From contig NC_068994.1 in the NCBI RefSeq assembly GCF_001194135.2, positions 17,695,090-17,740,101 of the forward strand: a DNA stretch of 45,012 bases, written 5' to 3'. This stretch comes from Octopus bimaculoides. Taxonomy: Eukaryota. Of this stretch, positions 36,801 to 45,012 are shown piece after piece; within the stretch, counting starts at the first letter, position 1; every line of letters begins with the position of its first letter. Made by a program: the position numbers and the translations under genes. The notes under the pieces were generated by a model. It saw nothing but the letters and a program-made list of their open reading frames with translations, was not told the origin of the DNA and ran no database searches.

Positions 36801-39575
36801 CAACAACAACAACTACTAACAATAACAAACAATTATTATTTGTCCAATGATTTTCCAGAATAAGAAGTGATACTTGCTATGTCCTTTTGCACACAATAGC
36901 AGCCCACAAAATTAGTGCTATGAAAATGAAACTCTCCTGGACAAGATACTAGTTTACTTGTATATTTTTACTTTCCCCAGATGTGGACACTAACCCAATA
37001 ATCCAAATTTGTTAATTAAGTAAGATAAATGGAAGTAAGAGTCCCATGTGTGGGTGGAGCACAAGCTATAGTGCCAAAAGCCAAGCACTTGTAGATGCAA
37101 TTTTAATTTAAGCCAAGACCTAATCCACTCAACTAAGCTTCATTAAAGATGAACAAAGCAATCTAAAAATATATACGGGCTTATATAAACAAGAAGAGAT
37201 GCATCAAGAGAGTAGGAGAGGTGATCAGCAGCTTTTACTGAGTGTAAGGGACCTGGCATGGAAACAAACTAAAACCAATCTGTGACAGTTCTGGAAATGC
37301 CACAAGTAAAACTGAAAGTTGAAATTAAACCATGAAAGCACTGCAAACATCAATAAGTATAATACTTATTAATAATTGAAATTAAACAAAACAAAATAAA
37401 ATTGTTTCCAATGACATTGAGGAGAACATTTCAACACACAGTACAACATTGGTACATTCCATTGGAAAATAACAGAATTTCTGAACTTCAACCTGCAGAA
37501 AAGATTAACAAAAGTAATAAGTAAAAAACGAAAGAATACACAAAAAATTTACCAAATAATATAGAAATTGACAACAAATTTGTGATTTAAATCTTTAAAC
37601 ACGTCCTCAATAAATTGTAAAAATTACAGAACCTAATAGTAGAACTAAATTTCAGATTCCTTAAATATAAAACTGACAAACACAAAACATCTAAAATAGA
37701 ATTAAAATTTCATTTTTTTTTTTAAATGTACTTTCTGATGAATTCAGATGTTCTTCTAGTGACTTAGTTTATTAGATTATCTTTTAAAAGCACCATAAAC
37801 TTATTTCAAAGAAAGGAGGGTTTAAACAAACTTATGAAGATTTGCTAATGGAAGATGTTTTATGAAACATAAGTAACCCCCAAAAAGCTCAAGAGATATT
37901 CATATATACATAAATTTGCAAGCACGTTTCACATTATATTACATACATTTATGTACACATTATATATACACACACACACAAATACGTATACTTATATATG
38001 CAAATGCACACTATATACATACACACACATATTATATACACATGACAGATGTGTATATGTGTACATATATATACAAATTTAGCTACATTACTGCAATTAG
38101 CTAGTAGATGGTTCAGGTATAGAACTATTTCAAACAGCCTGACAACTGTGGTATCAATCAACATTGGAAAATTGAACATTTTACCAAGAAAATAAGCAAC
38201 ACCAGACTTATAAAAACTATACTTAAGAAAAGCGTTTGACAAAGACACATTTCTGAGTGTGTGTGTGTGTGTGTAATTAAATATATATATATATATATAG
38301 TGCTGTATTGTACTTTTTTTATTTGTTAGTCCAGTGATTTGATCTGTCTAAAACAATTGCAATGTGTTGGAAGTCATACACTGTTTATATTAAATCTTAT
38401 AATACCATGAAATACCAAGGCTTTCATTAAAACATCGACAACTTGATAACTGAGGGTCTAGCTAACTGTATGTCAGAGACTAAGGTCGCTCATGTACATG
38501 AAGGGCTTTTTTTTTTTGATGCAGCTGTAGGCATACATATTATTATTACAAAGTAATAATAAAGTAACAGTGTATATTAGAAATGGCTCACACGACTCTA
38601 CCAAAATGCGATTTAGTTTAAGTTTAACACCATCTCAAATCAAACCACTTACTACCCTCAGTGCAACACAGAATTATACACACACACATACATTCATTTT
38701 TGTGTAAGCTATTGAATTTTGCATGTGGGAATACAAATATATATACACACTCATATACAATATCTATGTACTTACATATATAAACACATCACACACACAT
38801 ATATATATATATTATTCATAAATAGTGTATGTGCACATGTTGTTATATTTATTACATATATAAACTCGTATCTAATATATATCTGCACAGTGAGTCTGTT
38901 GAATATACGTGTGTGTAAAACATACATACATATGTATATATATTTGTGTGTGTGTATACGTGTATACATATAAGGAAGCTATCAGACGTTAACACAAAAC
39001 ACACACATACATTGATGCATACGTGTATATATAGAAAGAAAAACAGCATGAAATTATTCTAAAATGAACTAGAAATTAGTATGAAAAAGAATTTGAAAAA
39101 AAAAACACTAAATGAAAAAAGGAAAAAAAAATATGAAAAAGATACGAAGCATTCACTAACGGGTGGGGAACCTAAGGTAATAAGCCTTAAAGGTGTGGTG
39201 AATTGAGTTATTTTAGTGACAAGGTGGATGTGTGAATGTTTTCTGTTTTTATGCTAACAGATCCGGAAGGAGGGTTGTCAGAGAGATTAGCGATGAGGTA
39301 AAGAAAGAGAAAGACCAAGAAAACAAGAGAAAGAAACAACAACAACAAAAAAAGAGAATAATATAGTTTTTTTTTTTTTTTTCACTTCTCTTTTCTTCAT
39401 CATCAATAAATAAATATGAAATTAATCAAGAAAATAAGGGAGAAGAATAATGAGTGGTGATGGAGTAACAAAATGTAATAAAACTCGCTCTCCCTTTTTT
39501 GGGTGGAGGCTTGAGAAAAGTAAAAGCGGGTGGGTGAGAATTACATGTAAAGAATACAGAAATTATCAGAACGGT

Positions 39576-39610
<35 letters not shown>

Positions 39611-39994
39611 NNNNNNNNNNNNNNNNNNNNNNNNNNNNNNNNNNNNNNNNNNNNNNNNNNNNNNNNNNNNNNNNNNNNNNNNNNNNNNNNNNNNNNNNNN
39701 NNNNNNNNNNNNNNNNNNNNNNNNNNNNNNNNNNNNNNNNNNNNNNNNNNNNNNNNNNNNNNNNNNNNNNNNNNNNNNNNNNNNNNNNNNNNNNNNNNNN
39801 NNNNNNNNNNNNNNNNNNNNNNNNNNNNNNNNNNNNNNNNNNNNNNNNNNNNNNNNNNNNNNNNNNNNNNNNNNNNNNNNNNNNNNNNNNNNNNNNNNNN
39901 NNNNNNNNNNNNNNNNNNNNNNNNNNNNNNNNNNNNNNNNNNNNNNNNNNNNNNNNNNNNNNNNNNNNNNNNNNNNNNNNNNNNNNNNNNNNNN
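39611..39994. other. Assembly gap
   Basis: N run. Confidence 0.99.
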
Positions 39995-40149
39995 AAGAAC
40001 ATTTCCTCAACAAAAGAAAAAAAAATTAATCAATAAATAAATAGAAAGAAAAGACAAGAAAATATGTAGAAGAAAGTTTTCAAAAAAAAAAAAAAGCAGA
40101 ATGTTTTGGAATTAAGGAAAGATAGAAAGAATAGATGTTGCATTTGACT

Positions 40150-40529
40150 CTAGTATTTTGCTTAAAGAATGTATGCATGGGTGTGTGTATATATATATAT
40201 GCACATATATATGTGTACATTTATGTATTTACATATGCACATGTATACATATACACACAAAATGTGAGCATGTACATACATACATGTTTATATATGCTTG
40301 TACACATGTATTCATGCATATATATACATATAGACACATATACATACACGTGTGTATATATATATATATATTTATATACATACGTGTGTGTATATACATA
40401 CACGTGTATGTATGTGTGTATATATATATACACACATGTATGTATGTCTATATCTCTATTATATATATGCAAGTATACATATATGTGCATACATTACATT
40501 TATGTAAACATCAATGTGCACACACACAC

Positions 40530-40569
<40 letters not shown>

Positions 40570-40750
40570 CATACACCTGTTTATATAGATGTATGCATGT
40601 ATCCCTATGTATATATAAGAGCAGGTATGTGTGTGTATATACATTCTATATATATATACATACATATATATGTGTTATATATACATATATATATAATGTT
40701 ACATATACATATATATATATAATTTAATGTTATATATAGATATATATTAT
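40150..40750. repeat. ~600-bp compound (TA)/(CA)/(TG) purine-pyrimidine microsatellite abutting the FBXW7 stop codon
   Basis: Directly visible. Confidence 0.92.
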
Positions 40751-40754
40751 ATTT

Positions 40755-43436
40755 TTAGACAGGTTGCTTCCGATCATCAACATCAAAATCTAATACCATT
40801 AATTTTGTTTCTTCTGTACCATTCCGACTGCCAACAGCACATATAAGTTTGGTGTTGGTGCAGCGTACCCGCCATACAACTCCACCACTTCCACCACTTT
40901 CTAGTGTCACTAAATTCCGTAGAAACTCACCAGTCTTTAAGTCCCAGATTTTTACAGTTCCATCATCTGATGAAGTTATCACAAATTTCTTGTTAAACTG
41001 CAAGCATGTGACAGCACTCTGGTGTCTGTTCGGACCCTGCAGTGTCTGAAGGCAACGACCAGTGCGAATGTCCCAAACTTTAACAGTGGAATCAGCATTG
41101 CCCGAAACAAGTATATTCTCTTTCAGTTCCATACCACTAGTCAGCGACTGGTGACCAATGAGCGTATGTAGGCAGGTGCCTGTCTCAACATCCCAGACAC
41201 GGATTGACGTATCCAAAGAGCCACTAACTATGTGTGTACCATCAAACTGTAGTGAGTACACCCTGTTAGTGTGTCCTTGCAGAGAGTGGAGACAGGCTTC
41301 AGTCTCTGGATCCCACACTTTAACCGTGTAGTCATAGGCTCCACTGACCACCCGTCGCCCATCATATTGAACACAACGAACTGCTGCAACATGCCCCATC
41401 AAAACATGCAGGCACTGACCAGTATCAATGTCCCAAACTCGAAGTGTAGCATCTCTCGAACCACTCACAACTTTATTCCCATGCAAGTGCATACAACGCA
41501 CTGTTGATGTGTGACCATATAAAGTATGAATGCACTGGCCAGTTTCTGCATTCCAAACTTTGAGTGTTCGGTCTGTAGATCCACTAATAATGATATTGTC
41601 AGCCATCTGTGATGCCCACACACCACCAGTATGACCAATAAGTGTTCGTAAACATTTCCCAGTCAATGATGACCAAACTTTTAGTGTGTTATCATCAGAC
41701 CCACTCACAATTCTGCTACCACAAAATTCTAAACAGGTTATCACATGATCCTCATGACCTTTGAGGAGTTTTGGTGGACGAATTTTACCACATCTCCAAT
41801 ACTGTTCGATCTGATGTTGTCGCATGTAAAGAGTTTTCCAGGGACTTCTCAACATACCTTGAGATCGTCGTCTTACACTATATCCAAATACTAAAGATTC
41901 ATCAATTCCTTCTTCGTTACATTTTTCCCGCCAAAGTAAATTATCCTCGGTAAGAACACGCCAGTAACGACAAGTCTGCGCTGCACGGAGAAGATCCTTT
42001 GGTCCAAGATAGGATAGAACATACAATGCCAATTCCTTTGGAAGCAATGAAATGAAATCCCTTTGGAACTGAGGCTCAATAACCTGCATGATATGTCTGA
42101 CCTGGGTGGGTTCACAAAGTTCTATCATCTCATCTAAAGCTAAGCATCGCTCAGGGTTACTCCAGGACTGGAATGTCTGTAACCATTGAGCAAGTTCTGG
42201 AGGGGGGTTGCTTTTTGATGGAATTTTTTTTCTAGTAAAACCCATATTTAAAGTTGACAGGTTATGAGAGCGCAAAGTATCAGAATTAAAGAGTTCTGCT
42301 GAAGAACGACAGAATTTTTTTCCTGGTGTTGTTTCTTCCTCTTCTTGCCAACCAATGTCTTGCTTTCTTTTCATTATATATTTATCCTTGTGTTGATGAA
42401 TAGGCACTGGAATACGAGATTTCAGTGGATGGCTAGAAAATAAACTTTGGTGTGGACTAATAGAGGAGACCAATGACGACCCTAGTCCAGAATTACCATC
42501 GCTGCAACTGTTCTCTAAACTTCCTCCTGTGCCATTCCGATCATTGCTCTGACCATCATTAGTTTCACATTCCCCACCTTCTCCTTTGCCCAACTCGTTA
42601 GCTGATGCAGTACAGGCTTCGGATTTATCAGGGGGGTTATTGTTAGTCCAATTATCCGAATCGGCTTGAATAATATCATTAGTTGTTACCTTCTGGGATA
42701 CTTGGACAGTCATTATATCTTCAGCAGCAGGAGGATTTTGAGAAGCGTCTTCATTGACCACCAAAATCTGCCGGTCTTGGTCAGAGGTAGAACTGGTCGC
42801 AGTACTGGTTACACTACTAGCACCTTCAGAACATTCCAAATTACACAGATTCTCACTTGAACGATTTACACGAAGGCCACTTGAGGTGGAGGAGGACCTA
42901 TTCTTGCTTGTAGAAGGGTCCCATTTAAAATTGATGGCGTATGATGTTGGAATAGTAGTTGTCGCCGGTGGAGAGGTAGTAGTAATAGTACAAGTAGATG
43001 ATAGTGACGATGTAGATGGAGAACTAAAACAAGTATTATTCGAAGAACTTGTATTAAGTACAGATGCACAAGTAAAAGACGAAGTAGTGAAAAGAGAAGA
43101 AGAGGAAGTCTCTATACACTGATGTTCTTCTTTAGCATCACTTACTTCGTTACTGTTGTTCACCGTAGATTGTCTGGGTCGCCGTGGAGACTTCACACCG
43201 TAAGGTACACAACCTAGACTGGATTTGTTCGATTCAAGCCATTCAGTAGTGATGCCGTTAACTTTACACAAATCATCGACACAAGTGAATCCTCCTAAAC
43301 GCTTCCGAGCCTCCACTATACTCTCTGCTCTTCTCGGACCGATCCTATCAAGCGAAGTTAACTCCTCCACGCATGCCAGATTAACATCTATTTTCTTCTC
43401 AGTTGCCCCAGTGGTGTTTTTCTTTCTTCCTACCAT
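40755..43436 (-). CDS. FBXW7: F-box/WD repeat-containing protein 7 homolog (SCF substrate receptor), single-exon, with an N-terminal ComEA-like helix-hairpin-helix domain
   Basis: Uninterrupted 893-aa ORF with an in-frame stop 27 nt upstream of an ATG in strong context (aggaatATGG). From M355 it aligns by eye to human FBXW7: MKRK, CEPTQVRHIMQVIEPQFQRDFISLLPKELALYVLS, LKGHEDHVITCL, YGHTSTVRCMHL, VVWR...CAVGSRNGTEETKL.VLDFDVD. R647/R661/R687 correspond to human R465/R479/R505. Confidence 0.97.
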   Translation of the reverse strand: MVGRKKNTTGATEKKIDVNLACVEELTSLDRIGPRRAESIVEARKRLGGFTCVDDLCKVNGITTEWLESNKSSLGCVPYGVKSPRRPRQSTVNNSNEVSDAKEEHQCIETSSSSLFTTSSFTCASVLNTSSSNNTCFSSPSTSSLSSTCTITTTSPPATTTIPTSYAINFKWDPSTSKNRSSSTSSGLRVNRSSENLCNLECSEGASSVTSTATSSTSDQDRQILVVNEDASQNPPAAEDIMTVQVSQKVTTNDIIQADSDNWTNNNPPDKSEACTASANELGKGEGGECETNDGQSNDRNGTGGSLENSCSDGNSGLGSSLVSSISPHQSLFSSHPLKSRIPVPIHQHKDKYIMKRKQDIGWQEEEETTPGKKFCRSSAELFNSDTLRSHNLSTLNMGFTRKKIPSKSNPPPELAQWLQTFQSWSNPERCLALDEMIELCEPTQVRHIMQVIEPQFQRDFISLLPKELALYVLSYLGPKDLLRAAQTCRYWRVLTEDNLLWREKCNEEGIDESLVFGYSVRRRSQGMLRSPWKTLYMRQHQIEQYWRCGKIRPPKLLKGHEDHVITCLEFCGSRIVSGSDDNTLKVWSSLTGKCLRTLIGHTGGVWASQMADNIIISGSTDRTLKVWNAETGQCIHTLYGHTSTVRCMHLHGNKVVSGSRDATLRVWDIDTGQCLHVLMGHVAAVRCVQYDGRRVVSGAYDYTVKVWDPETEACLHSLQGHTNRVYSLQFDGTHIVSGSLDTSIRVWDVETGTCLHTLIGHQSLTSGMELKENILVSGNADSTVKVWDIRTGRCLQTLQGPNRHQSAVTCLQFNKKFVITSSDDGTVKIWDLKTGEFLRNLVTLESGGSGGVVWRVRCTNTKLICAVGSRNGTEETKLMVLDFDVDDRKQPV
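40790..41765 (-). other. WD40 beta-propeller of FBXW7 (domain within the CDS)
   Basis: Successive GH...SGS.D.T.KVW repeats. Confidence 0.95.
41900..42210 (-). other. D (dimerisation) domain and F-box (domains within the CDS)
   Basis: WLQTFQSWSNPERCLALDEMIELCEPTQVRHIMQVIEP followed by LLPKELALYVLSYLGPKDLLRAAQTCRYW. Confidence 0.92.
43212..43394 (-). other. Tandem helix-hairpin-helix domain (ComEA / HHH_3 type; domain within the CDS, aa ~15-75)
   Basis: KIDVNLACVEELTSLDRIGPRRAESIVEARKRLGGFTCVDDLCKVNGITTEWLE follows the ComEA pattern ININTAS.EEL..LPGIG...A..II.YR...G.F.SV.DL..V.GIG. Confidence 0.85.
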
Positions 43437-44060
43437 ATTCCTCAGGCAAAAGGCAGGATTTTAGGCAAACTATTGAGAGTCGAAGATAATTGAACGGCAG
43501 CCGACTCTATGACGACCGCCATTAGAGTTCACACTTGTATTCTGTACCACCTCCGAAGTTCACAAATGACAATACGTTTACCAACGTGACCATATAGACA
43601 AATAAATTGTCAATCAGCGATAGTCCAAATTCAAAACATAAATATTAAATTCGCTCAATTACTTGAAAATATCCTCATTTTTTGACAAGTCTGAAAGTTA
43701 CGGTTTTATGCGGTATTAGTTTCGTAATTAAAAGATGTTAGCTCTACATGTATTTGGTAACTGTCAAAGCGAGGGCAGGGGGGACAAGCTTAATTTTTGA
43801 ATATAGATTAACTTTTCCGTCTCCTCTCATTCATTTTTAGATTGAAAATGCAACTTTCGCTCTATTCCTTTGAATATTTATCTTCAGATCAGAATATTGA
43901 TTTAATTAGCTTTATTATACTTCTGCTTAATTGCACCGTATAATTACCATAATGTTAACGATTGAATTGAAATAATTCGCCTCTCTGTATATATTTGTAT
44001 ATTTCAACGTAAAATGTTCAACACGCGACGTCGTAAAAACCCTTTTAACACGTGCTTGCT
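43437..44060 (-). promoter_or_regulatory. CpG-retaining 5' UTR / promoter region of FBXW7
   Basis: About 25 CpG by manual count in 43441-44055 versus about 2 in 34001-35000. GACGTC at 44027-44032 and CACGTG at 44049-44054. TSS not determined. Confidence 0.5.
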
Positions 44061-44756
44061 GATAGTCAATAAAATATTCTCTTTATTTTTGTTTTGTTTA
44101 ATCTTGATTTTCATCTTGCAGAAAAGCATTATTTCTTATGGCAATATACATTAATGAGAATATATATATTGTATATTATATTATATTATGTTATGCTATA
44201 TTATATGTACGCTCATACATTGTTCTTCGAAGTTTCCTTTTTAAAGTTTATTTCAACTCGAAAATGTATCCCTTACTTGAAAGCTGCTACACTGATACTA
44301 ACAAAATGTGTTGAAACTTCATTTTTTACAGAATGAAAACCTAATTCCAACGTATCTGAAACCTTTTTAATTAAATATTTTTTGTTTGAATTTTAGCAAT
44401 TAATTCTTTGGTTCTATTATCCATCTATTCACTCTCCATATCTTAGATTTTAACCATTTTATACAGCATTCATAGAGCACTGGGTAAAATATACATAAGC
44501 GTGTCTGGGGAAAACGGGTTGGTCAAAGCTTTTGTCAAGTTTTAAAAGCTTTTTATATTAGTGTCACAACCAATATCTGATTCCAAATATTGTATTTTAT
44601 TTCTTCCCTATTAAAAGAAATATGGAAAGACTTCCGCCCGTCCCCGCCTCATTTTCTCCCAGATTTGTTCATTTTTGTAATTTTTGGGCCAGAAATCCCC
44701 CTTTTCGGATACGGAGGTTACGGAAAATTGCCAAAAATCGACATTCTTTTATTCTT

Positions 44757-44958
44757 TTATTTGTTTAAGTCATTTGACTGCGGCCATGCTGGAGCACCGC
44801 CTTTAGTCGAGCAAATCGACCCCAGGACTTATTCTTTGTAAGCCTAGTACCTATTCTATCGGTGTCTTTTTGCCGAACCGCTAGCTGACGGGGACGTAAA
44901 CACACCAGCATCGGATGTCAAGCGATGTTGGGGGGACAAACACAGACACACAAACATG

Positions 44959-45012
<54 letters not shown>
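44757..45012 (-). mobile_element. SINE family B tail with intact CpGs, running into a (CA)(TA)n tract
   Basis: gtcatttgactgcggccatgctggagcaccgcc...gtcgagcaaatcgacccc...gccgaaccgc. Confidence 0.85.

Larger units (their letters stand above)
33900..40754 (-). other. Candidate long 3' UTR / downstream region of FBXW7
   Basis: Nearly free of recognisable SINE and MITE copies, and U-rich on the minus strand. A minus-strand AATAAA lies at 38318-38323. Extent is inference only. Confidence 0.3.

Noticed and set aside
14457-40040. Long ORFs containing X runs (near 14.5, 17.1, 22.6, 26.0, 32.5 and 39.5 kb)
   Set aside because: They are open only because N gaps contain no stop codons.
43212-43394. Bacterial comEA contamination or chimeric assembly as the source of the HhH segment
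   Set aside because: It is in frame and gap-free with the eukaryotic ORF, lacks the ComEA signal or membrane anchor and any operon context, and is flanked by host-type sequence. Long-read confirmation is still advisable.
40849-43464. Plus-strand and alternative-frame ORFs overlapping FBXW7
   Set aside because: Shadow ORFs of a real coding sequence, with no independent motifs.

Overview
Eukaryotic, AT-rich, repeat-dense genomic DNA with seven N-gaps. The SINE and microsatellite landscape looks like an Octopus (coleoid cephalopod) genome; this is inferred from remembered repeat families, not a search. Only one intact protein-coding gene is supported: a single-exon 893-aa FBXW7 (Fbw7/Archipelago/SEL-10) homolog on the minus strand at 40755-43436. 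It has the D-domain, F-box, WD40 propeller and all three phosphodegron-binding arginines. Unusually, it starts with a ComEA/EEPD1-type tandem helix-hairpin-helix (HhH) DNA-binding-like domain, followed by a long Ser/Thr-rich linker. The HhH-F-box-WD40 architecture and the absence of introns are the most notable features of the window. A CpG-retaining promoter-like zone lies upstream and a SINE-poor, possibly long 3' UTR lies downstream. The other ~34 kb are decayed transposons (RTE, CR1-like and Tx1-like LINE pieces, a Helitron helicase fragment, mariner remnants, hAT/piggyBac/foldback MITEs, several tRNA-derived SINE families) and microsatellites. Almost all other ORFs in the track are microsatellite or gap artefacts. 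Repeat boundaries are approximate.
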